Source: a virus (taxonomy: Duplodnaviria > Caudoviricetes). From it: a stretch of 64,000 nt of DNA. Shown here in pieces: positions 19,501 to 29,329 of this stretch (within the stretch, counting starts at the first letter, position 1; every line of letters starts with the position of its first letter). The notes beneath the pieces were generated by a model. It was not told the DNA's origin, made no database searches, and worked only from the letters and a program-made list of their open reading frames with translations. The DNA lies in the IMG/VR virus record IMGVR_UViG_3300008255_000098; one strand, 5' to 3'. The translations under genes were made by a program, and so were the position numbers.

Positions 19501-20012
19501 TCCAAAACTTTGAAAACGTACAAGATACTCCCTGGTCTGAACTAGCACCAAGATATGATGTTGTTGGCTCAGAACAACCAACAGATAACACAAAATTTAC
19601 AATAGATTACTCAATTACTGATGCATTAGACCAAGATATTATAACCATATTTTCTAGCTTAGAAGCCTATGATAATATTCTTGGTAACCCGGAATTATTG
19701 TTTTCTCCTGATTATCCTGACCTAGAAGTGTTGAGAGACATTTATTTTAATAAACTGACTGATAAAATGTCTCTAAAAGTATTTTTTGAATTTTATAAGT
19801 GGTTTGATACAAACCTTGGAACGTTTATATCGCAATTATTACCGAACAAAACAAAATTCTTGGGCACAAATTTTGTTATAGAAAGTGCAATTTTAGAACG
19901 TCCAAAAGTACAATATTTTTCTGAAGATATATATCTTGGGGACAATCACAGACAAAGTTTAAGAGATACAATTTTACTAAGAATTATTGCGGGGTCGATA
20001 GGGAAGTATTAA
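16578..20012 (+). CDS. Large baseplate wedge/tail protein with LamG (concanavalin A-like) domain(s)
   Basis: LamG pattern MTVEFW...WNHVAWVWD...FSGALDELRIW...LYFKFNE and a P2 gpI/gp7-like segment QIWRRILINLQDVLQSKGTIHSVKSFIRSVGI. Confidence 0.7.
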   Translation: MAEIRNNTKNLTLNRPGLFSSTTTRGLREGASHQSVAFSTQNNQLVDSSILNTGSFKYSVDGAGLRSTQQINIDWTQFENHTFYNSAQVKTNVAFEKIFNEFPFDGQKSEFEDFFASLTGFEKYIYDLFPKNIGYMFFSGSTTTPGDLGTHITVKDTAGAAYPAVSSKNTGDTIINPGENSMTVEFWAYIPEEQNFGSMILDKHYDDGTITTRQGFFINLNPSASTTSASVSFNVVSGAIEDVVSVNLDKGKWNHVAWVWDRTPGVQQSFCYVNQNLLASSSQPIEFKTISTQTSDLLIGSGSAVTSLFTPTTTFSGALDELRIWHKVRSADERNLYKEKSIFAEDGLQLYFKFNEPSGSNSSIILDYSTNSVHGKINTQGVLLDVMNIPTGQIAGASPMVYEKMSNSPVLFPSYPDLISTRTELLLSASRYDLKNPNLITKLVPVHYFLEGQEQDGLATETGQITEILESGTDPRSTKLGATQVFLLLLYTWAKFFDETKLYIQTLSTLDTVDYDITDTVPDQFLLQYARNEGIELPPLFDGSTIEQFIEAENIQSDIGTNDLTLQSVRNQIWRRILINLQDVLQSKGTIHSVKSFIRSVGIEPDNNFRIREYGGPNKLSLSFARDNRNEISTMLNFISGGIVTSPYLVSSRSEPGFPYPGPDATNNSLLTSGSWSFEGLYKFPNANQSTISQSLVRFNVTGSTVRNGVTANVVSVKGGYTTLFVRNYSVPGSGYPVLSLAITGADLFDNDQWYVSFGRRRNDDGLSSDVSSSYFLRLAKQNFGEIIESHSTSSYYNDLFAGTNGSVWTSTSPAAASSGSFITIGSQSLDSIAAAIYLNGNDTGAIEKTTNFTGKAGHFKFYSKFITDAEWPEHVRNYRSVGVVDPTKNFNFSTTPTGSFERLRFDVSTDQPVTESNSSGEIILTDFSQNSFSLSGSGFIASSSIIDPERFFYSYLSPKFDQASTTEKVRIRSFQNFENVQDTPWSELAPRYDVVGSEQPTDNTKFTIDYSITDALDQDIITIFSSLEAYDNILGNPELLFSPDYPDLEVLRDIYFNKLTDKMSLKVFFEFYKWFDTNLGTFISQLLPNKTKFLGTNFVIESAILERPKVQYFSEDIYLGDNHRQSLRDTILLRIIAGSIGKY

Positions 20013-20058
20013 AATATCCTTATTGGATATAAACTTCTAAACTATACTAATTGATTAT

Positions 20059-20937
20059 ATGGCTATTACAATTGACGAAAATGAAGACTTTGCAGGAAAT
20101 GAGTTTACTCCTTTTTATGATGGCGCCGCTCGGCGTATTGAGCAAGCTAAAAATGTTTTCGCAAACTCATCTCAGGGATATGATACAACTCTTATTGATA
20201 AGTTTCGACAAGGAGTTTCAATTAGGTCTAGTAAAGATTTATATGGTTCTACGCAACCAAAAATCTGGGCAGGCAACCTTCACCACTATATAAAAGTCTC
20301 AACTATCGGGCAAGCACGAGACTCAGTAGAATTTGGAAATAGTGCAATATTCGAAGAATTACCAATATTTAATCCAGTTTGGTATGTAGATTCTGGTTCA
20401 AGTTATCCGTTTCCTATTGTTTTTAATAATGGTCCACAACAAGAAGAAGAAGCTTCAATTGAACCTTTTACTATTCCGTTTAGAAAGCCTAATCCATATG
20501 GAAATTATTTTCCAAGATCTCCAAAAGCTAGCTTAGAAGATGGAAATAATTTTGATAACCTTGATGGTGGGACTACAAGAGTAGAACAATTTATTGAATA
20601 TAATATCCCGACTTCACCTCGATTTTTCTTAGATGAGGGCGGTGAATATTATGGACCCCTCGAAAATGCAATAGTAATTGATGGATATGCGGCTTTCAAC
20701 CAAAGAGATGTTGTTCCGTTTAACGATACCCGAGATGAACAAATTGTTGAACAAATCAATACAACCGATGTAACTTTTATATCAGAACTTAAAAAAATGA
20801 AATTTGGTTTAGACGAAGATATTCGTGGAACTTATGATAGAAAATCTGCCACAGCAGGAAATATTGTTTATGGAAACGGAGCGGCTCGTTATGGAACCGA
20901 CAGTATTGCATTTGCGGGAATGATTAAAGGATCATGA
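20059..20937 (+). CDS. Hypothetical protein, probably structural
   Basis: 292-aa ORF in the baseplate operon; ATGA overlap with the next gene. Confidence 0.65.
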   Translation: MAITIDENEDFAGNEFTPFYDGAARRIEQAKNVFANSSQGYDTTLIDKFRQGVSIRSSKDLYGSTQPKIWAGNLHHYIKVSTIGQARDSVEFGNSAIFEELPIFNPVWYVDSGSSYPFPIVFNNGPQQEEEASIEPFTIPFRKPNPYGNYFPRSPKASLEDGNNFDNLDGGTTRVEQFIEYNIPTSPRFFLDEGGEYYGPLENAIVIDGYAAFNQRDVVPFNDTRDEQIVEQINTTDVTFISELKKMKFGLDEDIRGTYDRKSATAGNIVYGNGAARYGTDSIAFAGMIKGS

Positions 20938-22688
20938 CTAGAGTCAATAAAAAAACAAGAATTAAAGGTCTCCCGGCAAAGTTACAATTAAGTCAACAAG
21001 ATGCGATGACTGGCTCTTATCCAACTAAACTAAGAATTGCCAGTGATAATAGAACTGGAAAAACTCCTCTTAGGTTTGATGACACAGTAACACAAATGTT
21101 TTTACCCGAAAATGTTTTTTATCCATCATTACTGCCAGTTAACTCTGTTAATATAGACACAGAAACTACTAGCTCACTTTCCGTATCAGCTGTTCCCAGA
21201 AAAGGGGTAGAAGACCAGTATATAAAGTTTACGTTATCTGGTGCGCAAAATCTTCAACCGTTTGAAGACGATAACCACCCGGAAGTTGACGGAAAATCTT
21301 CTAATAACTTATTTTATACCACCGGAAGTAAAATATCTGATGCAGGCGAAGGATTCTCAAGCCCTCTTTGGTCAAAAACAAAAATAGAAATTGATATATC
21401 AGTTACTTCTGAAACTACCTACTCCCAATCTTTTGATGCATACCAAACTACTGACGGAAATTTCCAAATGTTTTACTATAGCCCGAATGCTAAAGAGTGG
21501 GAAGGGCTTGGAAGAGGCCAAACATACCCATTTTTAAATTCTGCTCCAGTTGAGTTGTTAGATGAATTATATATTGGTTTCGCTCCGTCACAAATGATTT
21601 CTACGGGGGCTGTTGCTACTTTAGCTAATGCCGGGATCCCAATTTCTACTTTTGGTTTTCCAGCCCATGTCAAATATCATGCGAAAAGCACGCAGACAAT
21701 CAATGTTTCTGATTATATTTCAGAGCCATTTTTAGTAGAAAAAGTTGTAATGGAAATTTCTTCAACCTATGAACATGGGGACGAAACACAATGGAATTCT
21801 GCTTATGCCGCCCAATATAACATTTCTGGCGCTATAAATACAGCATTTTTATTAAATCAGAGGAAGAATTTTCATGTCAGTACTTCAATTGATTTATTTA
21901 GTTCCCGTGATGAAATAGCTTTCGGGGAGAAATCAGGTACAATGCCAATTTTAATTCCGAGTAGGAGCGTAAGTACAATACGTGATTTAATTACTTGGCA
22001 TAATATTACAAGTTACAACTCAGACTTTATTACAGTTGTTAGTCACTCTGGTGGCGGCTCTGGCGAAACTTCATTTTACAATACAAAAGATTTATTTGAT
22101 AGAGATTCGGTCCTACAATCAGCAGAACCGAAGATGTCTGGAGTTGGATGGTCTGAATATCTTAAATTAGAAACAGCAGCGAGAGTACCAACAAAAAATC
22201 AAAAAGGGTTAGCTGTTGGGGCGATTGCTGAGGAGGCAAACCTATCTCTTATACGAACAGAGGTTAATCCTCTTGGCAGCAGTTTTTTTACGAGAAACAC
22301 TAGATCTGGTAGAAATTCGCTTGGTTTGCTACAGCAGACCGGAAGAGATTGGAGAACCCCTTTCGGAAGCGGTACTGTGTTTGTTAAAGATTTTGCAGGA
22401 TTCACTTCAGGATTAAGAATTCTAACGATCGACGGAATTAAAAATCACTATTTGAATAACCCATATATTATACAGCCAGGAGATCAATTAGTCCTTGGAT
22501 GGCAAATGCCTGTACCACAGTTCCCTAGTTTATTGTCTGGTAATGGTTCATGGGCTGGGAGAATTACCTTTCACCCAGGAAATTTTAAAATGACTATTTA
22601 TGGTTCGCAAATTGTCGCAGGAAAAGAACATCACGATACACTTAACCAAGAAACAACTTCGAATGTTGTCCATGAAATAATTGGATAA
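20934..22688 (+). CDS. Hypothetical protein, probably structural (baseplate/tail appendage)
   Basis: 584-aa, Ser/Thr-rich, beta-strand-like ORF coupled to its neighbours. Confidence 0.65.
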   Translation: MTRVNKKTRIKGLPAKLQLSQQDAMTGSYPTKLRIASDNRTGKTPLRFDDTVTQMFLPENVFYPSLLPVNSVNIDTETTSSLSVSAVPRKGVEDQYIKFTLSGAQNLQPFEDDNHPEVDGKSSNNLFYTTGSKISDAGEGFSSPLWSKTKIEIDISVTSETTYSQSFDAYQTTDGNFQMFYYSPNAKEWEGLGRGQTYPFLNSAPVELLDELYIGFAPSQMISTGAVATLANAGIPISTFGFPAHVKYHAKSTQTINVSDYISEPFLVEKVVMEISSTYEHGDETQWNSAYAAQYNISGAINTAFLLNQRKNFHVSTSIDLFSSRDEIAFGEKSGTMPILIPSRSVSTIRDLITWHNITSYNSDFITVVSHSGGGSGETSFYNTKDLFDRDSVLQSAEPKMSGVGWSEYLKLETAARVPTKNQKGLAVGAIAEEANLSLIRTEVNPLGSSFFTRNTRSGRNSLGLLQQTGRDWRTPFGSGTVFVKDFAGFTSGLRILTIDGIKNHYLNNPYIIQPGDQLVLGWQMPVPQFPSLLSGNGSWAGRITFHPGNFKMTIYGSQIVAGKEHHDTLNQETTSNVVHEIIG

Positions 22689-23811
22689 AGATATGATTAT
22701 ATTTGACCAAATTGAAACAGAACCAATAACAAGTTATAGCGGAAGTTACAGTGATAATATCATATTCGGCTCATTGTTTAAAAACAACATTGACTTTTTG
22801 TCAAGTACTATTGACAATTCTACAAGACAAATAGCAGCTTTAAAAACAACTGGTATTACTCAAAAATATCTTTCCAAAGTTTCTAAATGGAGACATAGTA
22901 GATATCATGATTTTATTAATTCTAGGCAAATCGCTGGTTCTGTATCTAACTTCACCGTCGTAGAAAATGATAAAACAATAGTAGATTCAGTGACACCTGA
23001 TATTGTGCAAATTGCAACTATAAATAATGAGTGGGTGTTCTCAGGTTCTTATACGTTTCTTTCTGACCCAGATTTGAATGCAATAGCTACTCCGGTTTCT
23101 TCCTCTGCTAACGTTATTATTAGAAAATACTCTCCTTGGTTAACAAATTTTCCTTTTCAAACTGAATACAAACAAGTGGATAAAAATTTTACCTTCGGAA
23201 GAAATTTACAAGTTATTACTGCGTCAATGACTACTCTTGTCAATATTACTTTTCAAGATCCAAGCGGAGATGTTTTTACTTTAGTAGATATAAGTTCGTC
23301 TAACCCAACAGTTGATTTTGCACCTGGCGTTGTAAATTTTGAGAGTTATTGGCCGACACAATTTCTAGAGCTTCCTTTTAACATACAAAATAAATTTTTT
23401 TACAGTATTGGTGATGGATTTTTGCCTAAAACTGGGATATCTACAAAACTTAAAAGAATGCCAGGATTTTTGATTAGGCAATTTCCAGATCCAGACTTTT
23501 TGGCTGGTATGGTAATCCGGGGATTTAGGTATGGACTTTATAATTCTTCACCAGTTCATGCACAAATAAAATTTAGGCGTTCTAGATATGGACACTTTAG
23601 AGACATGTTAGAACCAAGAATTTATACTGCTTTCACAGATATAAATGGTAATATAGAATTTCCAGTTCAAATAAATTTTATTAGCGGATCCGATATAAGC
23701 AATAAAGCAAAAATCTATGTCACCGCCTCTTCCCCTACAGATTTCAATAGACGAGATAGCGGAATGTTTGATGCAAAGTATCGGAGTGGTCAACCTTTCT
23801 TCGATGGTTGA
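22681..23811 (+). CDS. Hypothetical protein, probably structural
   Basis: 376-aa ORF overlapping the previous stop; C-terminal RSRYGHFRDMLEPR segment. Confidence 0.65.
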   Translation: MDKDMIIFDQIETEPITSYSGSYSDNIIFGSLFKNNIDFLSSTIDNSTRQIAALKTTGITQKYLSKVSKWRHSRYHDFINSRQIAGSVSNFTVVENDKTIVDSVTPDIVQIATINNEWVFSGSYTFLSDPDLNAIATPVSSSANVIIRKYSPWLTNFPFQTEYKQVDKNFTFGRNLQVITASMTTLVNITFQDPSGDVFTLVDISSSNPTVDFAPGVVNFESYWPTQFLELPFNIQNKFFYSIGDGFLPKTGISTKLKRMPGFLIRQFPDPDFLAGMVIRGFRYGLYNSSPVHAQIKFRRSRYGHFRDMLEPRIYTAFTDINGNIEFPVQINFISGSDISNKAKIYVTASSPTDFNRRDSGMFDAKYRSGQPFFDG

Positions 23812-23834
23812 TATTTAAGTAAAGAAATTATATT

Positions 23835-24788
23835 ATGTCTGGTATTTTAAATCCAAAAAATAGACTTTTTGACACTATCTTAACTGTTGAAGGTCGAAAA
23901 CAAATTGCCGCAGGTAAACTACAAGCTAAGTTTTATGCCTTCACAGATGCAGGAATGCATTATTCGCAAGAAACAATTGTTTCTGGCGGACTTGATGAAA
24001 CATATAGAATACAACTAGAAGCAACCAGCTTGCCACAAGATACAATTTCTATTGAAGCAGATGACAGCGGAATGTTGACGGGATTCCCAGTATCTGGCTC
24101 AACTAAATTTATATTTCGTGGCGGGCAAATATTGTCTTCAACAGCTGACGGACAAATAAATACGGTAATAACAGGGTCTATCTTCAATAGTCTTGGTGAG
24201 CATTTGTTAAAATCTTCCACAAATAATTTTTCTAATCAGTATATTTTAAGAAGTCCAGACCCTTTAGATGCGGAAAATTTAGAATTTATGGTAGGTCCGA
24301 CTGCTGTAACTCACAGTATTACAAATAAAAAACCTTTTAACAAAGATAACATTTCTACAATTGATGTTACCAAAGCAGATAGTTTTTTCCAAGATAGACG
24401 TTTGAGTCATATTCCAAACTATACTTTTTTACCGCCAGTAAATAGGCCAAGACTCGGTTCTACAGACGCTACGCCCTTGGGAGAATATGTAAGTCTAAAT
24501 CAAAAATCTATTTTTTCATTTGATGATTTGGAAACAGAGCTAAATAAACTTGAGCGTAATGGGTATATGAGCCTAATACACTTTACAGAAACCTCAAAAC
24601 AAAGTAATATTTTTGCGCAGTTTTTTGAAGTAGGACAAAATGAAATGTCCAAGCTTGACGTAATAGACTTTGGAACATTCCCTGTTAAAAATGGTAGGGA
24701 CCAACATGTATTTTTCGTTGGAAAAGTTTATAATGATGATAATGGTTCAGATACTTTTATAAATCTTTTTACTATAATTTTTACATAG
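23835..24788 (+). CDS. Putative tail-collar/fibre attachment-like protein
   Basis: N-terminal DTILTVEGRKQIAAG resembles the ILTxxGxxxLA start of phage tail-collar proteins; last gene of the + operon. Confidence 0.45.
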   Translation: MSGILNPKNRLFDTILTVEGRKQIAAGKLQAKFYAFTDAGMHYSQETIVSGGLDETYRIQLEATSLPQDTISIEADDSGMLTGFPVSGSTKFIFRGGQILSSTADGQINTVITGSIFNSLGEHLLKSSTNNFSNQYILRSPDPLDAENLEFMVGPTAVTHSITNKKPFNKDNISTIDVTKADSFFQDRRLSHIPNYTFLPPVNRPRLGSTDATPLGEYVSLNQKSIFSFDDLETELNKLERNGYMSLIHFTETSKQSNIFAQFFEVGQNEMSKLDVIDFGTFPVKNGRDQHVFFVGKVYNDDNGSDTFINLFTIIFT

Positions 24789-25062
24789 CTTACAGTGGAC
24801 TACGAGACCAAGTTTTTAGTACCGTGTAGCTTATTGTAGAGGCTGTAGTGGATTTCTATTTGTAAAACGTATCAGTGCCCACGGTAAATTACTCATCGAG
24901 TAGGGAATATCCTATAATGGTGTTGCTTGTTTTTCAAAAGTATTTTAAAACTTTTGCCACGGCTGCATCTGTATTCAGTGGTTTGTAAACATAATTGTTA
25001 CCTACATCTGTTGGTTGAATATAATGTAGATAAAAATTCCATAAACCAACTACTTTAATTTT

Positions 25063-25117
25063 ATACAGGAGCGTAAAAAATTCCACCCATCGGTTCTGCC
25101 GTGGGTGGATAGTTCAC
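25063..25117 (+). mobile_element. Miniature IS200/IS605-type right-end element (hairpin + TAGTTCAC)
   Basis: ATACAGGAGCGTAAAAAATTCCACCCATCGGTTCTGCCGTGGGTGGATAGTTCAC; stem TCCACCCA/TGGGTGGA; same terminus as the tnpB remnants. Confidence 0.6.
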
Positions 25118-25179
25118 TGTTGCTTATAGCTATAGAGTTAGCACAGATTAGAGGTAATGTTTTGTCTAAGAAATAATTT

Positions 25180-26025
25180 TTAGTATCCAAAACCCTCTAC
25201 TTTACGTAGTTCTTTATAATGTTTCTTTAAATTTGACAAAACTATACTCAATTGTTTTGAGTTAAGTGCCGTAATTTCTCTAATATAAAGAAGTACTGCT
25301 CTTTTTGACAACAAATCAATATCATCAAGATTTTCAATTATAATATTTATAGCTTCTAGAGTACGTTTTTCATTTTCTGTCTTGACACGATTTTCTAGTT
25401 CGGCAACAATGGATTCTAATAACTGTTTCATATCCTGTGTTGACATAATTTCATCATATCCGGGCACAAAATTATTTCGCTCAATTGCTTCTATGTCTAC
25501 CTGTGAAAGATTTTCTTGATAATCTAGACTTACATATTTTTTAATTTTCTTAGAATTCTGTTTTGATTTAATTGTGAGCCAATTTTTAGCAACAACGTTA
25601 AAATACGAGAACGCTTTTGAGCCTTTCGAGACGTCAAATTTATTAACTGCTGAATACAAGAATTCCAAACACTCAATTTTTAAATCTTGTTTTGTTTCAT
25701 GCATTACCTTGAACCCATAAACATTAATAAGATTTTCAATTAACGAATCAAAAGACGGAAGAATTTCTTTGACATAAATTATTTCACGTTCTTCGTCTGT
25801 TTTTGCTTCTTGATATTTTACAATTGCATCTTGTGTATGCATAGTAAAATACTGATTAGATTTTGTGCCAGGCTTTCTTCTGACTATTTTATCTTTTTTT
25901 GATGGCCTTCCAAACCTTTTTTTACTTGGTTTGATAGCGTTTCCGTCTTCATCTAATTTTACTCCGCTAACACCGGATGGTATTCTAGTAATTTTAGTAG
26001 TATTATTTGTTTTGGTGTCTAACAT
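25180..26025 (-). CDS. Phage RNA polymerase sigma factor (gp55/late-sigma-like)
   Basis: YFTMHTQDAIVKYQ...DLKIECLEFLYSAVNKFDVSKGSKAFSYFNVVAKNWL resembles sigma region 2 (KFDxxKG...AFxY). Confidence 0.75.
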   Translation of the reverse strand: MLDTKTNNTTKITRIPSGVSGVKLDEDGNAIKPSKKRFGRPSKKDKIVRRKPGTKSNQYFTMHTQDAIVKYQEAKTDEEREIIYVKEILPSFDSLIENLINVYGFKVMHETKQDLKIECLEFLYSAVNKFDVSKGSKAFSYFNVVAKNWLTIKSKQNSKKIKKYVSLDYQENLSQVDIEAIERNNFVPGYDEIMSTQDMKQLLESIVAELENRVKTENEKRTLEAINIIIENLDDIDLLSKRAVLLYIREITALNSKQLSIVLSNLKKHYKELRKVEGFGY

Positions 26026-26458
26026 CCAAAATCATCCCTTCACGGCGAAGCGTTTCCAGGGGATTTGGAGTTCCCGGAGGCTGGCCTGGTAATCTCGGCA
26101 AAAATTCTTCTTCCTGTTGTTGTTGTCCAGAAAAATATTCTGGGTTTTCCCAAACAGTAACATACTTTCGTTTACTTCTAGCTGTAAATTTATGAATTAT
26201 CTTATTAACCACGCCTTTACATAACTTGATTTCTTCTAAAGCACCTTGTACAGAATTTTTAGCCTCCGGACTATCAAAAAACATTTGCATATTTAAGATT
26301 TCACTCATAGAATTTTCTACATTGTTTAGTGACTCAAGTGTTTCGTCGATGTCATCTTCAAATATCATAATTATTTTTGCAAATTTCCATAAAAATATTG
26401 TTGCAAATACTAAACTAATAGTTAAAAATACTGTGAAAACACCTAATAAACTAAACAT
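26003..26458 (-). CDS. Membrane-anchored hypothetical protein
   Basis: N-terminal transmembrane segment LLGVFTVFLTISLVFATIFLW. Confidence 0.65.
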   Translation of the reverse strand: MFSLLGVFTVFLTISLVFATIFLWKFAKIIMIFEDDIDETLESLNNVENSMSEILNMQMFFDSPEAKNSVQGALEEIKLCKGVVNKIIHKFTARSKRKYVTVWENPEYFSGQQQQEEEFLPRLPGQPPGTPNPLETLRREGMILDVRHQNK

Positions 26459-27735
26459 TTATATTACTTCCTTAAACGTTTCTGTATATTGTTCGCTGAT
26501 AGCCGAAAAGCTGTAATTTTCTTGCAGCTTCTTCGCCAGTTCCTTTGCCCATTGTTGAGGCACGCCAGGACTGTGGTAAAATTTATTTAACTTTCTTTTG
26601 ACATCTTCTTCAATTGGATTTGCCCATTGCATTTCTGCAAGAAAAATTTTATTATCTACTCTTGTTTCATGAATTTTCACAAGATTATAATCTATTTTAA
26701 CAAACTTTCCTAAATTCAAAAATTCTGTATGAGCACTCCAATTTGTAGCTATTACTGGTAATCCGCAGGCAGCTGCTTCTAAAATCGGAAGCCCGAAACC
26801 TTCGCCTCTAGTTAAACTAACTAAAGCTTTGACCTTGGGGTGTCGGTACAAACTGGCAACTTCATTGTCGGTCATATCTCCATGTAGCAGATAAAACTTT
26901 GGGCCTAGACCTTTTTTTGTTTCAAGCAATACTTTAGAAAGTATATTCACCGTATTTGCTCTATCCATTTTTGAGTTTCGTCCAAAATTTGTCTTTATGA
27001 TAACTCCAACTTCTGGGCTGTCTTTAAACTCTTCTGATAACCACTTGATGGTATAAACTAAATTTTTCCTATCATTTTCTGGGTTATTGCCGCAGAATTG
27101 ACCAAATACTAAAAAATTAAAATCAGTAGTAATTTTTGATAGGTCTAAAACAGAATCTGTTGAAACAGTTGAATCTACAAGACTAACTAAGCAGTTATCT
27201 GTAAACGCTTCTGGTAAGACTACAATTTTAGTAGTACACTCGCCAGTATTTAAAAACACCCTTTTGACAAATTCTGACGGAACCACAACAAGGTCCATTT
27301 GGTTTACACAGCTACCCATTCCGGGGAACACCTATCTGTTTCAACCGCCGCTGTAATTCCTATATTATAGTCAGCTAGAAAGGGGTTCCATTCGTTTGGA
27401 AGTTGTAGTTGCATTGAAACATCATAACTATCTGATACAACTGCGTGTTGTATCAAGCGACCTACCAACCCATCGTAGGCGTCAGTATTAACTACCCAAG
27501 GTGTAACTCCCCAGCGTAATGGTTCTATAAAAAGTTCCAGATCATCTCTATTATCTATTTGTTCAAAAAGCCACCTAGCAACTTGTCTGGAATGAACTCC
27601 ATATCCTGACTGGGTAAGAACAGGGGCACGTAAAATTACTTTTTTCTTTTGCTTTTCTTTTTTAAGAAATAAATCTTCTGTATCGTTTTTTAAAAGATCG
27701 TCTATATTTCCAAGTTCTTGTATTTGTTTACTCAT
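26459..27735 (-). pseudogene. GT-B (GT4-like) glycosyltransferase split by a single frameshift near 27310
   Basis: The 5' ORF ends ...AVETDRCSPEWVAV* and the overlapping frame continues CVNQMDLVVVPSEF. The C-terminal half has the EGFGLPILEAAACG GT4 motif. One extra base would join them. Confidence 0.8.
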
Positions 27736-29258
27736 CGACTTCTCCTATTAGATGTCTTTCCTTTTGGACGACTCTTCTTTTTTACTTTAGTTTTACTGGT
27801 TTTTGGTAATGATGTTGTAGCTTTATTTTGTACTGATTGTATTGAAGAAATTCTTTTCTTTTCAACAGTTTTTGTAGAAGGTGTGGAGGTTTCTGGTGTG
27901 ACCTCAGGCCCCGAGGTCAATTCACGCCCTAAAGATGGTTCGAGCGACATCAATTCCCAGCGATTTTGTTGTCCGGTCTTTTGGAATCTATCAATACAAT
28001 CCGTTAATTTTTCGTCCCACTTTTTGATCATGTCTTCATACTTGAATTCTGACTCAACGTATGCTTTGCATTTTTCGCTAAGTACTTTTTTTTCTTCAGG
28101 AGTATAATCATGAACAGTCATGAATGCTTTTGCTAGATCTTCGGTGCTTGCATAATCTTCATAGATATATGGAACTAATTGAGACCCAACCAAACAACGC
28201 TTTGCAGGGTCTAACGCAACCCCGTGTGTAGAACCATCACGATAATCTACAACTTTACTTGTTTCGCCTCCTGTTTTAAGTGCGATTATAGGCTTTCCTA
28301 CTTGCATAGAAATGAGTGTAGACAATCCAAAACCTTCATTTTTTGATACGTTTACAGTAACATCTACAAGATTATAAAGTGTATTCATTTTATCAAATTG
28401 AAGTTTCTCTGTTGAAAACCATACATTATTTTGTAATTGAAGTCGCTCAGTTACTTGCAACAAGTCTGGACCTTCTGGGTCTTTTGGGTCCGTGTGCATT
28501 ATTAGAAGGGCATTTCTGTGCCCGTGTTTGGCCTCTAGGTTATCTAGAAATAACTTCCAAGAATCTAATACATCAGCTGGTAATTTTCTAGTTGCATTTC
28601 TATTGACCCACAACGCTTTAAACCAATCTGCTCTAGGTCCAAAGTTTTGCACCAAAAGGGTGTTTCTTTCCTCAACGGGAATCTCAAAATAAACATTTTT
28701 GGGAAAGGAGTGCGGAATGTATGTTGTAGTTTCTGGAAAATGCGGCTTAACAAGTTCATATGTCTTATATGACAAACAACTAATGAGGTCAGTAGATTCA
28801 TACCACACCCTATTATAATCTGGATAAGGATCATTGTCCCAAACATGCCAATAAGCAATTGGACACAATTGGTGAACCTCATCTTCGATTTCCCAGAGCC
28901 AAATAAACTGGCGTGGATCTGTGAAGATCAACAAAACATCTGGCTTTTCTGTTGCTAATATTTGTCTAATCATGTCATGAGTACCAAACCCGTCAACAGG
29001 CTTAATAATAAAATCATCATTGACTTTAATTGTTTGGTAGTCTTGATGTTTGATCGCCCCGCCCAAACAACGAAAAGAATATTTTCCTGTTTGAATCAAA
29101 CCGTCGATTAAAAATCTAGCTTGAATACCAACTCCACTAGGAGCTAACGGGTGGTCAGACAATAATAATACTTTTTTCTTTTTAGTCGGTTTGATAAAAA
29201 GATCGTCTAATAATTTATTATCAACGGTTAATAAATCTTCTGTCATTAATTTCTCCAT
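27732..29258 (-). CDS. GT-B (GT4-like) glycosyltransferase with basic C-terminal tail
   Basis: VLLLSDHPLAPSGVG..., NRNATRK, EGFGLSTLISMQVGKPII. Confidence 0.85.
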   Translation of the reverse strand: MEKLMTEDLLTVDNKLLDDLFIKPTKKKKVLLLSDHPLAPSGVGIQARFLIDGLIQTGKYSFRCLGGAIKHQDYQTIKVNDDFIIKPVDGFGTHDMIRQILATEKPDVLLIFTDPRQFIWLWEIEDEVHQLCPIAYWHVWDNDPYPDYNRVWYESTDLISCLSYKTYELVKPHFPETTTYIPHSFPKNVYFEIPVEERNTLLVQNFGPRADWFKALWVNRNATRKLPADVLDSWKLFLDNLEAKHGHRNALLIMHTDPKDPEGPDLLQVTERLQLQNNVWFSTEKLQFDKMNTLYNLVDVTVNVSKNEGFGLSTLISMQVGKPIIALKTGGETSKVVDYRDGSTHGVALDPAKRCLVGSQLVPYIYEDYASTEDLAKAFMTVHDYTPEEKKVLSEKCKAYVESEFKYEDMIKKWDEKLTDCIDRFQKTGQQNRWELMSLEPSLGRELTSGPEVTPETSTPSTKTVEKKRISSIQSVQNKATTSLPKTSKTKVKKKSRPKGKTSNRRSR

Positions 29259-29329
29259 TTGAGATAGCAGTTTGTTTCACTTAAACCATTCTTATGGATA
29301 ACAGGTATTTTGTATCATACTAGATGGCA

